Below, one piece after another: positions 1 to 12,170 of a DNA stretch of 64,000 nucleotides. This stretch comes from Utricularia gibba (Eukaryota; Plantae; Magnoliophyta). The stretch is taken from assembly GCA_002189035.1 (NCBI GenBank), contig CM007990.1:4092001-4156000 (forward strand), written 5' to 3'. The position numbers and the translations under genes were made by a program. The notes beneath the pieces are model-generated. The model was given only the letters and a program-made list of their open reading frames with translations, was not told where the DNA came from and did not search any database. How positions within the stretch are numbered: position 1 is the first letter of the stretch; each line of letters opens with the position of its first letter.

Positions 1-1042
1 TGTTTTTTAAGGTTGGGTCAGGCCAGCCCACATGATTGGGCTTTAACTTTCATCTCTATGTGGTATGAGGCTGCACAAAACATTTGAGACAGAAAACACA
101 CTCCAATCAAAGTTGAATAAAAGAAAGTCCTTTTATATCTAATGAACACTTGTTTGTAAACAAAAAAAAACTCATGAGCTAACTAATCCCAAGCTCAATC
201 TCAACTCGAACTGTAGCTCAGCTCAAGTCGAGCATAGTTCAAGCTCGATTGAGTCAAGTAAAATATCAAGTTGGTCTGAAGTCGGCTCGCAAAAGCTCGT
301 GATTTGTTATACTAAAATACACCCACAATCATAGATAATTGGTCCATAAATTATGATCAATCCTTCAGATCAATTGAATCACTGGTCCGTAAATTATGAT
401 AACTGATCCGTAAAATAAGAAGCACTTAAATTGATTACATAATTATAATCCCTAATGGCTGGCTAATCACAATTTAATGACTTTGGGTGACAAAAGGAAT
501 GCTACACATTCTTGTTTGATAAGTTTCACATCTTGAAATAGACATTTGTTAAAAATTAATATGTTTGATAGATATATCTTTAATAAAGATGTAATTTTTA
601 AAATTATTATACAAATTCTCCGCGTCAACCATGTATTTCAAAATTTTTTTAATGAAATGAGATTTGATTATTATTTTTATTTATTTTTAAAATATGTCGA
701 ATTAAATATTATTTTAAATATATATTTTTTAAAATTTATTAACTTATTTTAATTACGTATATTTATTTAAATATGAATAATTCAAATATATTAATCATTA
801 AACTATTCTTCCAAACATGGAATTGTATTGTTTTTTCAAGTGGTAATTTGTTTTAGAATAAAAAAAGTGAAAAACAGGTAGATTGACAGGCGTTGTGCGG
901 TGCGGGCCCACGTCTATTCTGTGTCTTTTGCCTTTCCCCTTTTTTATTTTATTTCCATTTCTGCATCTTCTTGTTTATTTTTACACTTCGCTCCGCTCCA
1001 CACGCAAACGCCCAGCCCAGCCAATCTTCTTCCCTGCTTGCA

Positions 1043-2749
1043 ATGGCCTCCACTGACGCCGCCGTTACCTCCGATCTTCCCGAAACCGATGACGTAGGCC
1101 TTCCGTTTCAATAGTCGCCTCTTTTTTCTAGTTGCATTCCTTGAGTCGAGTTCGCGAATTCCTGTCTTTTTTTTTTCAATTTAGTGATATCCTCTGGCTT
1201 TGATTGGATATCACAGTCAAGCGATCCTGAGTTTTGAGGATTAGGATTACTGTTTTTGAGGACTTCGTTCGGAGGAGTGAGATTTTGAATGGGATTTTTT
1301 TTTTTTGTTTTGCAGAAAGTTGGGGAGAAAACAACGAAGGAGAATGTCGAAGATCAGAAAGAAGAATCGAAGGTAACTGAAGACTCTGCAGTTGAAGAAA
1401 GTAATCAAGGTAACAAGGAGGCTGTATCAGAGGGTAGGAAGGAGAGTGTCAACGGAATAGAAGCTGAGACCGATAAAAACATACCCGTACCTCCTCCGGT
1501 TGAAGATTCCGTCGACCATGAATCGAACACCGTGAAGAAACTCGCTGAGTCGGCTCAGGCTGAAGATGTGAAGGAAGCTGAAGACAAGGTGGAAGACGTA
1601 GAAGACAGTGAGTCGAAGATTGGAGGGAAGCCTACTGAGCTTGCTCATATTGAAGATGTTGAAGACAGTGAGTCGAAGATTGGGGAGAAGCCTACTGAGC
1701 CTGCTCATGTTGAGGATGTGAAGGATGAAGCCAAGGTTGAAGATATAGGCGAAAAAGATTTCAGGATTGGGGAGGAGCCTAATGAGCCCGATCAGAGTGC
1801 AGATGTGAAGGAAACTGAAGCTGAGGTTAAAGAAACTGACGCGAAGGATACCGAAACCAGCTCTGGAGAGAAGATTGTTGAAGTTGAAGATACGAAGGAA
1901 ACTGAAGTCGGGGTCGAGGGAAAGATAGTCGAAGCTCCAGTTGAACATGTAAAGGATACCAAGATCAAGTCTGAGGAGGATCTTGCTGAGCTTCCTCTGG
2001 ATGATGTAAAGAGCATAGCAGATAGCATTATTTCTAAAACAGAAGCTAAGACAGAGGAAAATGTTGATGAGGTTCCAGTCGTTGAAGAGAAACTTCCTTC
2101 TGAATCAAATGCCAAGATAGAGGAAAAGATCAATGAGACCTATACAGTTCTACCTGAACCAGTGGACAAGTTGGAAGAGACCATCAACGAACAAACTCTA
2201 GTTGAAGGGGCAAAGGATCTGGAGCCCAAAATTCTGGCTGAATTGGAGTCTAAGACAGAGGATGCTGTGGCACCCCAAGTTGAAACAGAAGCAAAACTTG
2301 CAGAAGAAAGAATTGCATTGGATAACCTAGCACAGGTTGCAACAGAAGCTCCCATCTCCGAGGTGGCCAAAACTCTCGTTCAATCTGAGGCGGCACACTC
2401 CCCTGCTGTCACGGAAGTACCAGACAAGCAAGCGGTTGAAGAATCCGATGAGAAACAAGTTCGAACTTTGGAAGCAAAACTGCAGGAAGAGAAACTATCT
2501 CCAGACACCCCAGATGAAACTGTGCAGGACAACCAAGAAGAAGGTACAGGAAAGAAAGATGATCCGATTCCAGAGCCTGCTGAAGATACAACGACGAGGG
2601 ACACCACCTCTGAGAAGGACAATGCCAAATCGAAAACCCCGAAACAATCCATTGTCAAGATTGTCAAGCATTCACTGTCTAAGGCCAAGAAAGCAATCTT
2701 GGGAAAGTCCCAAAACTTACAAGCCAAGGATGCTGGTGCTGAAAAGTAG
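1043..2749 (+). CDS. Acidic Glu/Lys-rich, likely disordered protein; 2 exons (1043-1093, 1316-2749)
   Basis: ATG at 1043 (MASTDAAVTSDLPETDD), GT donor at 1094, T-rich acceptor TTGCAG ending 1315. Exon 2 is in frame with the 1289..2749 ORF. Basic amphipathic C-terminus SIVKIVKHSLSKAKKAILGKS resembles a plant Glu-rich family. Confidence 0.8.
1589..1726 (+). repeat. Coding 60-bp (20-aa) tandem repeat, about 2.3 copies
   Basis: VEDVEDSESKIGGKPTELAH / IEDVEDSESKIGEKPTEPAH / VEDVKD; copies start at 1589, 1649 and 1709. Confidence 0.9.
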
Positions 2750-3147
2750 CACTCACCCGGGACAGAGTTGTAAGTTTCCATATCCTATGTGTGAGATCTA
2801 GTTCTATGGTTAAGTTCACCTGCTTGTTAATGTTTGCCTGCCCACTATTGTCTATCCGTGTAGTTTGCTCCTCTCTGGTAGCCTACATCATTGAAGATGT
2901 TCTGTTTTTCATTTGTGGTGGTGTGCATATATATTCATTCATGATCCATCTGTAAATACTGTTGTTGAATTCCATTTGTTGGTGTGTTCCAATCTTCATC
3001 GATTAATCTGCTTTTATTCCATGGTCCAAAGAATCTTTTTCTTCCCCAAGAACATCCACTAGGCATGTAACTGAAAAAGAAAGAGCTTCTCTGACATTTC
3101 ATACTCTAGGAAACGTGAGCAGCAGAAAGAGTGTAGGAGCTGTAACC

Positions 3148-3263
3148 TCATCCGTTGAACTGTCACTCCCTGCTGCACATGGGACAATGTGCTTGAGAAG
3201 TTTGTGAGTTTACCCACTTGAGTATGCAGTGAAGATCAAATGCGGGGTTGCAAGCTCCCTGTA
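3148..3263 (-). pseudogene. APC11: APC11 (anaphase-promoting complex RING subunit) last-exon fragment, disabled
   Basis: The minus strand after acceptor TTTTGGCAG reads (I)[36 protein letters not shown], versus the family sequence [37 protein letters not shown]. Premature TGA at 3163-3165; no upstream exons found. Confidence 0.9.
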
Positions 3264-4080
3264 CTGCCAAAACACAACCCAATTGAGCATCTCGCAAAGC
3301 TTTTACCCCAGTAAGCCACCATTATCATCCACCTATTGGAATGAAATAACTGATGCTTATGAAGTGCACTTACAATGTGTTTGATTTATGGGATTATATT
3401 GGTTTAAAAATAATATTATAAATTATAAGATGTTTAGTTGATATATTAAAATAAATTCAGGATTACACGAGTTTTTTTTTTAATTTCATGTATATAGGTT
3501 TATTTAAAACTACACTTCTTTCTTATTTTACTTAAAATTATTTAATCTCATTTCTAATCACAATAATTAAATATTATTTAAAAAATTAATCTCAATAATT
3601 AAATTTATTTAAAACCTAAATAAATTAAACTCATTTTATATCATTCCGGACAAATCTTAAAAATAACTATATTTCTTTATTATACTAAAGTTTTACCAAA
3701 ACTTAAATTAAAAGCATCTGGAAAAATTTTCAATTTTTCAAAAGTTTATTTCTAATCCTTTTTTTCCTAGTAGGTTCAATCCTGTTAATTAAATATTATA
3801 TAAAAACTAAATTATTTTTTATTATATTTACTAAATTCAAATAAAGTTATATTCTTTTATTCTAATCCCACTAACGACAATGTTGAAAATATTTCTTAAG
3901 ACATGTAATAATGTGACACGATGATCGAGAAATATCATGCAATAAATTTATAGAATATCATACCATTAATCCCTAGTTAACCGAAATCAATCCACCCCAA
4001 TCTTCCATATCAGCCCCACTCCCTTCATTCGTTTATAACACACAGCCTGGATCGCCTGAAACCAACACCATTCCGTTTCC

Positions 4081-4779
4081 ATGACCAGGAAGAAAGTGAA
4101 GCTCGCCTTCATCTCCAACGACTCCGCCCGGAAAGCCACCTTCAAGAAGCGGAAGAAAGGTTAGCTTCCTTCTGAAAGAATGAACGCTCATCTGTTTGTA
4201 TCAAACTGGGCAAACGTGTTTATTCAACTAGGTTTGCTCAAGAAGGTGAGCGAGCTGAGCACTCTGTGTGGAATCGACGCCTGCGCTATCGTCTATAGTC
4301 CCTATGAGTCGCAGCCGGATGTCTGGCCCGACGGCGGCGCCGCACGGCGGGTGCTGGCTCAGTTCAAGCGGATGCCGGAAATGGAGCAGAGCAAGAAGAT
4401 GGTCAATCAGGAGATGTTTATTCGGCAGCGGATCGCGAAAGCGGCGGATCAGTTGAAGAAGTTGAGGAAGGAGAATCGAGAGAAGGAGATGGCGCAGCTC
4501 ATGTACCAATGCCTAACGGGTAAAGGCTTGCAAGGGTTAGGGTTCCCGGAGTTGAATGATCTGGGGTGGGTATTGGACCAACATCTTAAGGAGGTTTATA
4601 AGCGGATAGAGGGGCTGAGAGCCGCGACGGCGACGGCGGAGATGATCGTGCCGCCGCAGCTTGGAGTCTTGTTCGGGAGCGACGAAGACGGCAGCGGCGG
4701 CGATGAGATCATCGTGCCGCCCTTTCAGGATTCAAGTCACCATGTTTCTTCTATGTGGTGTAATGTGTTTTTTCCCTAG
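4081..4779 (+). CDS. Type I (M-gamma) MADS-box transcription factor, AGL80-like; exons 4081-4159 and 4232-4779
   Basis: MTRKKVKLAFISNDSARKATFKKRKKG|LLKKVSELSTLCGIDACAIVYSPYESQPDVWP is a continuous MADS domain once a 72-nt GT-AG intron is removed. Confidence 0.92.
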
Positions 4780-5139
4780 AATTTTTATTTTTATTTAATA
4801 AAAATGACCTTAATTTGTACCAGAGTTGTCATGCAAAAGGCAACGGGTGATCGATCGATATAAATATATTTATCTTCCAAATCCTAATGATTAGGGTTTG
4901 AAGTTTAAAATACTAAAATTCTATGTAACATTAATATTAAAATCAAATAAAATCAAACATAATTGAATATGGATGCAATATGTATTTGTTCACTAAATAC
5001 ATGGAACATGAATCATGTTTATATTCATTTTTTATATTATTTACATAAAAATAAATGATTTTAATTGAATAGAATACAATTCAAACATAAGTTAGATGTG
5101 CCCAACCATTATATCTCTTATTCAATAGATGGAATTGGA

Positions 5140-5151
5140 AGTGACGTCACT
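5140..5151. promoter_or_regulatory. Perfect 12-bp palindrome AGTGACGTCACT (bZIP CRE/C-box-type site) upstream of the PPR gene
   Basis: Directly seen; TGACGTCA is a known bZIP core. Function is inferred. Confidence 0.4.
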
Positions 5152-5784
5152 CGACTCTTTACGTTTTAAAAAAATACAATTTTTGGATAAAATAATTCGA
5201 AATAACGGGATTAAAATTTTCCCATTTCTTGAAACAAAAATGGCTTTTAGAATTGATGGTACCTTAAAACCGGAAACAACTTGGCGCGGCCGGCGGGCGG
5301 AGTTTCGCCCGATCAGAATGAAATCCAAATCTTGACTAGTGGCGACGGATGGATAAGTAATTTTCTTTTCTCTTTCACGCCAAATGTTTGACAAAATGCT
5401 CCGATGTGTTAAGTTGAACTATACTCACTGTTTAGTTTTTTATGATGCCAATTACTGTAAAATGTAGTTCTTTAGATATTGGCTCCTTCTCGATGGATTC
5501 GAAGGTGTATCCTTAGCGTGCCTGTTCTATGTTGGTTGGTGGATTAAGTTAATTCGTGTGTTTGACGATTCCATTTTGCTGTGATTAGTTCTCCATTCCA
5601 TCAGTGAAGCTTATGGTAAGCAGCGTCTTTCTATCAGAGTTAGTTATGCCTCACTTACTTTTCTGTATTGGCAGATTTTTTGACTGTTTGATGCACATGA
5701 ACATATCGAAAGGCTTATCTGGGTGGATGAGCATTCCTATTTTTGGCTAGGTAGAATGAATAGATTGAGGAAAGGTGCAACTGG

Positions 5785-8174
5785 ATGTATCTCAAACGTC
5801 TTAGCTTCGTCGCGTTTTGTTCGTGGCGACATAGTAGTACAAGGTTCCATTCAGAGACTGCGCTGCACAATGCAGGCCTCCGTGGAAAAAAGGGGAAGAA
5901 ATCATGGACTAAGCAACTTTTTACGGGTTCTGACATAGTGAAATGCAATGTTGCAATTACGAATCACATGCGCAATGGAGACTGTGATGCAGCATTGCAT
6001 TTTTTCGAGTCCATGCCTCGGAAGACTACTGTTTCTTACAACACTATGATGTCTGGATACTTGTCAAATGGGAAGTTTAATCTAGCTCAGAAAGTGTTCG
6101 ATGAAATGCCCAGGAAGGACTTGGTCTCTTGGAATGTGATGATTAGTGGGTATATAAAGTACAAGGATCTTGGTTCTGCTAGGAGTTTGTTTGATAGGAT
6201 GACTGAAAAGGATGTTGTGTCTTGGAACGCTATGTTGTCTGGGTATGCACAGCATGGTTTTGTGGATGAAGCCAGGAGAGTTTTTGATATGATGCCAGAG
6301 AAGAATGAGATTTCTTGGAATGGGATTCTTGCAGCTTATGTGCAGAATGGGAATATTGACGAAGCAAGGAAATTGTTTGACAGTAGACAACATTGGAATG
6401 TGGTATCATGGAATTGTTTGATGGGTGGTTACTTAAAGAAGAAGAGATTACTTGATGCAAGGGAAATTTTTCAACAAATGCCAATCAGGGATGAGGTTTC
6501 TTGGAACACCATGATCACTTGTCTTGCGCAAAATGGGAGAATGTCTGAAGCGAGGAAGTTGTTTGATGAATCACCAAATAGAGATGTGTTTACTTGGACT
6601 GCCATGGTTTCAGGTTACATTCAAAATGGGCAATTGCATGAAGCGAGAGGGTTTTTTGATGAAATGCCAGATAAGAACGTTGTGACTTGGAATTCAATGA
6701 TAGCTGGTTATGTACAAAACAAGGACATGGATTCAGCCTGGGAACTTTTTGAAAAAATGCCATGCAGAAACATTAGCTCCTGGAACACAATGGTGACTGG
6801 TTATGCTCAAAATGGAGAACTTACTCGTGCTACAGATTTGTTCAACATGATGCCCTGTCGAGATTGTATCTCCTGGGCTGCTATAATTGCTGGCTATTCT
6901 CAATGTGGTGACAGTGAGGAGGCATTACAGCTTTTTATAAGAATGAAGAGAGAAGAGAGGCAAATAAATAGATCTGCATTTACATGTGTTCTTAGCACAT
7001 GTGCTGATATTGCCGCTTTTGAATTAGGGAAGCAAGTACATGGCTGTGTTGTTAAAGCAGGATATGAATATGGATGCTTTGTGGGCAATGCTCTTCTAGC
7101 CATGTACTGTAGATGTGGGAGCATCAATGAGGCATACCATGTGTTTGAAAGAATAGAAGATAAGGATGTTGTTTCTTGGAACACAATCATCACAGGCTAT
7201 GCAAGGCATGGTTTTAGTGACGAAGCACTTGAACACTTTGAATCAATGAAGTTGGCCCGCGTCCAACCTGATGAAGTCACCATGGTCAGATCTTTGCTTT
7301 TATCTTTCGCGCTCATGAAAGCCATTGTCTTTCTGCTATCTGACGTTGTCCACTTGCTTTAATGTAGGTTGGTGTTCTTTCTGCATGTAGTCATACTGGT
7401 TTAGTAGAGAAAGGCAGATCACTCTTTGATTCCATGGCAAAAGACTACGGCATTGTGGTGAATCCAAAGCACTACACCTGCATGATTGATCTTTTCGGCC
7501 GAGCTGGGCGTTTGGAGGACGCAATACAACTAATAATGAACATGCCTTATGAACCGGATGCAGCAACATGGGGAGCTCTCCTCGGCGCCAGCAGGATTCA
7601 TGGAAATACCGAATTGGGAGAAAAGGCTGCTGAGAAGATCCTTGCATTGGAACCATGGAACGCTGGTATGTATGTTCTTCTCTCCAACCTATACGCTGCT
7701 TCCGGTAGGTGGGCCGACGTCGATAAGATGCGACTAAGAATGAGGGACTCCGGCATCAGCAAAGTTCGAGGTTACAGTTGGGTTGAAGTAGAAAACAAAA
7801 CTCACACTTTCTCAGTGGGAGATTCGACTCATCCTGAAGCTGGGAGCGTGTATGCATTCCTAAAAGAACTAGAGCTGCTTATGAAACGCGACGGCTATGT
7901 GTCTTCAACAAAACTGGTTTTGCACGATGTGGAGGAGGAGGAGAAGCAGCACATGCTGATGTATCATAGTGAAAGACTAGCCGTTGCTTATGGGATAATG
8001 AAGACGCCTGCTGGGAGACCAGTCCGGGTCTTCAAAAACTTGAGAGTGTGCGAAGACTGCCACACTGCATTGAAGCACATCGCGAGGATCACAGGGACCT
8101 GGATTATTCTGCGCGATCCTAATCGGTTTCACCACTTCAGACAAGGAGTATGCAACTGCGGAGATTACTGGTGA
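5785..8174 (+). CDS. PLS-class DYW pentatricopeptide repeat protein (organellar RNA-editing factor type, At4g02750-like); exons 5785-7284 and 7368-8174
   Basis: Many PLS repeats (DVVSWN motifs), E domain, HSERLA, CEDC and C-terminal DYW. The 83-nt intron 7285-7367 joins PDEVTM|VGVLSACSH in frame. Confidence 0.95.
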
Positions 8175-9165
8175 TGCTGGAAAATCTGCGCAGGATGTGT
8201 AAGAGAATTGGGTACACTCTTTCTAAAAACATGTTTGTTTTATGTAATGCTGATGGAAAGCAGAAAAGAGTAGGATGAAATTAAAAAGTAAAAAGTTATA
8301 AGGAGAGAGTCATTTATTTTGAAATAAACATATGCTATTGAAAATTTATTTGATATATAATTTTAAGAAAATATTTGAAATATAATCTAGAAAATTTATA
8401 TCCAAATGTATATATAAACCATTAATTTACTTATGTATATAAACTTTATATGATTATATTATTAATATATTTATTTTTTGAACATGTAAATAATGTACAT
8501 AAATGTAATAAACAAAAAATAATAATTATATTTATATTGTTCATATACTCATATTTATATCCTAAAATATCAAATATTATATACAATTTAATATATGCAT
8601 ATCAAGTTATATTATATTTAAATATATTAATATACTACTATAAAAAAAATCTAATAATATTATATGTTGTATGTATTCTTATAATCAATAGTTTATAATA
8701 ATTAATAATAAAAATTCAATTGTATATTTCATTCTCATTCATATTTCATTTACAAATTTGATACATTTTGAAAGGAAAAAAAAAAAAAAAAAACACGCAG
8801 GTGTTCTACGGTGCAATCTGCAGTCAGGTTTCCCTGATGGACAACGCACGAATGCACAAGAGAAGACAAGTTCCTGCGAGCGAAACTCAGACACATACAA
8901 GACACTAATGAAGCCGTACTGCAACAAGCAAATATCTGTCTGTAGTCTCACTATCAGTATTTGGCTGAGCTTTTGTATTCAACAGAGACGAAGAGATCAC
9001 AGGATGTTAAGTTCACCTTTGTTCTCATCCCATGTCATGTTCGACACTGTTTAGTGCTCATAAAGCTGCAACTGTGTTGCCTTTGGTCAAATAAAGGAGA
9101 TGAATAGACACCTTCCCCTACAAAACCTTAACAAGAAAGAGCAATAAGCATCATCACATCAATAG

Positions 9166-12022
9166 TCAGTCTTCACCTAGCAACATGGTATCGAAGATAC
9201 GAAAAGCCTTAGACCCAGAGATATCTGCTTCGTCTGTGTAGTAAGAGTAGATGCAGCATTGTATCCATGGAGGTTTTCTAGCCGAATTCCCTGGAACAAA
9301 CATCTCTTGTTCATCAGTAATCCCAAGCAATGAGTTATTTGCCTTTGTCAGTCCATGAACACTCTCAAAATGCCCATAGAACTTCTCCTGTGTGGAAATA
9401 TAAGAGTAGAAAATTCTGAGGTTCCTCATGTATGGAATTTGTTCTTTATAAAGGCTGCAAAAACTAGTTACCCCATCTTCTGCAAAAATGTAAGCATGGA
9501 TTCTTGCAGTGGGATCCTCTAATGTCAATCTCACTCTATATAAACCGTTGGGAGCGCACAAATCTGTGACCTTCCATGGCACTTGAGCTACCACTCGAAC
9601 TACGCATTTGTATTTATGCACCACCTGAGGAACCAAGTTCATAAAACATTTTTTTTTACATTACAAATCTCCACTGATACACTCCCTTGACCTCATTAGT
9701 CCTTACAATTCTGTTTTTTCCCATGTGAAAAAATGTTTAAAATATTTCACAAACTTGCCAATTAGTGAAATACAGGCCAAGAGTTCAAAATGAACAATGG
9801 ATAGGGAGCGTACCTTAGGGGATGTGAGGATATCCATTAAAGTTGAAAAAGGAACATCAGGATGATCAGTTTCTGATATCAAAGACGAGATGCAGATCTG
9901 ATATCAGGATTACTAGCACATAATTACAAACTTGAAAAAAAAAAACTTCTACATCATCAATCCAAACCTGTCACAGAAGATGGACTAGGGAAGCTATCAT
10001 GCGACGCTCTTTTCCATTTAGAAGGTAAACGTTCCTCATAAAACCTTAACGAAAGAAGGCAAAAGAAAACAAAAGAAAAAAAGAAAAATCTTTTAAGAAT
10101 TGACAGGCAACGGGAGTTCCATTTTGTTAAACAGATATCATCAAACGGGTATATCCTAAGTAACTCGCTGCATTTCTGCTGTCCAAGAAATTTAGCCAAA
10201 CATACAAAAGAAGATTTCCAAAAATTTAATTTTGCTAGTTGAATTTGCACTAAATTCAAGAAAGCATCGGTATAAAATCTTGTTATAGGATAGGACTAGA
10301 AGTTATGAATGCAGTCATAAGTTGCATCCAGCTAAACAAATATAATAATCGAATAGTAATAACTGAGAGAGAACCTTTTTTCAAGATCCATTACACGGGC
10401 ATCATCAGAATGTAAATAGCATATCCTGGAGAATGGTGTCATTTCAGCAAACCAAAGAGCATCACGAAGTTTACAGTTAATGTTGACGAAAATAGCCCAA
10501 GTATCTTCCCTCAAAAGGTTGATGCCAAGTTTTCCCGTGCCTTGATCAAATATCATTCTCAAAACAGTTCCAACAGTGGGAAATGTATGTAATGTTTCTC
10601 TTGATAAAGGGGAGGGATCCAACTCTAAAGGAAGTGGATTTTTCAACTCATCATCAAGGCTGGAAAGAAAACATCCAAAGTTGATATTTACATCAACAAA
10701 TTGTGCATAAATAGATTAGATCACATCCAATAGATTGAAAAGTAGCTCTGAGTTTGGTGCTTTTCAAGTAAAGTTTAGTAGCTCTAACTTGGAAACGACA
10801 GAAGCTGGAGGCGTATCCGTCCCATTCCAGACATATGCCATCCAGTGCCCCTCAAATTCACGAATATGAAGAATCTAAATAGGGAATCAAAAAATTACAC
10901 ACGAAGTATAAGATTAGAACCATATCCAAATGTCAGTAAAGCTAATTTGGTTACCTTACAAAGCAGATTGAGGTGCTCACCCTCCATGATCTCAGGAAAT
11001 AATAATGCTTCATTCAAACCTACAAAACTAACACTTCACGTGAGAGAATTCTCTTCAGCAACCAGATATGAACCAGTTAATACACACCAGATAGGGGGTT
11101 ACGATTTTACTAAAAAATAAAAAATTAATACAGATCAAATGTTACTTGCCTCTACTTAGGCAATACAATGGCCTTCTTAGCTCTAATATTTAACAAAGAA
11201 AATTTGACATTTTGTGGAAACTCTTACGAGTATGTAAACATATTACAGCAAATAAGCCCATACTTTCAACTTTGATCTGCTTCAGCAATTTACGCAACCG
11301 CAATATCGACCTGTTGTCCGGGTTTGCAGCCTTATACCGTGCTGATGCTTGGTAAGGCACGATAACATTATCCGAATCACTGTCTCTCCCATCAAATAAA
11401 GCAAATGAAGAACTTTTCTTCTCAAAGGAAACATAAACCTCGACACCTCTTGCTTTCACCTGCACTAGAATATAATTTTAAACAAAATAAAACACGGCCG
11501 CATCAAACAGAAGTGAAATAATGAGCCTATTCATTGAGGATAGGGGCTTCATTAGTCTATGCGATGTGATAGAAGAAGTTGAAACTATACAACAGGAACA
11601 AGTTACGAACTTTGAAGCTGAAAAAGCAAAAAAAGCAGAGTGTTTACCAAGACATTGGACAGGAGAGCTATGTCACCGACAGCCTGAACATTGGGAAGCT
11701 TCTCCATTGTGTCAGCAAAAAAGTTAACGAAAATCCCCTCCTTTGGCCGCGATTCGTCAATTATCTTGAGAGCTCCGAAGAAATCTTCACAAGAGCCACA
11801 GAGAAAACGCAACTCGAATCAAACCCAACTCAAAAGTTGAAAAGCTCATGTTCCAGAAAGGGGGAAAAAAAGCAACTTTGGGGCAGAAAAACACAAATCA
11901 CCGGTTCCTTTCGTGGTTTTAGGGAGACTGCTCTCGACAACAATGCCGACAAGATTGACGCGCTGATTGATCGAGTTCATGGCGTCGACGATGGTCATGA
12001 ACTTGTAGTCTTCGCGACCCAT
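9166..12022 (-). CDS. POT1: Protection of telomeres 1 (OB-fold telomere protein), multi-exon, reading frame intact
   Basis: MGREDYKFMTIVDAMNSINQRVNLVGIVVESSLPKTTKGT|DFFGALKIIDES...; LLCK|ILHIRE..VWNGTDTPP; YKCVVRVVAQVPW; YRVRLTLEDPTARIHAYIFAED; KAFRIFDT. All exon phases were traced and are compatible. Confidence 0.93.
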
Positions 12023-12092
12023 TCTGCAGCAAAATAGTAGACAACCGACTTCAAGTTCAAGCAAAAGTGTGGTCTTCTTGGTCGTTTGTAGG

Positions 12093-12170
12093 GCGGGAAA
12101 ATGGAATCCGAAGTGAACAGAATGTCTGTTCCTTCACCCCCCCTCCCGATAACTTCAAACAGTTGGCGCG
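12093..12170 (-). promoter_or_regulatory. Two E2F-like sites in the POT1 leader/promoter
   Basis: TTTCCCGC on the minus strand at 12093-12100 and TTGGCGCG at 12163-12170; E2F consensus is TTTSSCGC. Confidence 0.5.

Noticed and set aside
170-300. AAGCTCG/CTCGA-rich degenerate motifs, hAT-like subterminal repeats
   Set aside because: No TIR or TSD can be defined; too degenerate to call.
546-752. Short ORFs in AT-rich DNA (also 8450..8698, 22745..22969, 25480..25719, 26831..27058)
   Set aside because: Ile/Phe/Tyr/Asn/Lys-rich translations of AT-rich spacer or microsatellite, with no coding signal.
1427-2801. Antisense and alternate-frame ORFs over the Glu-rich gene
   Set aside because: Shadow ORFs of a compositionally biased CDS with no recognisable domain. 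The same applies to shadows over the PPR, protease, TMK, DUF266 and kinesin genes.
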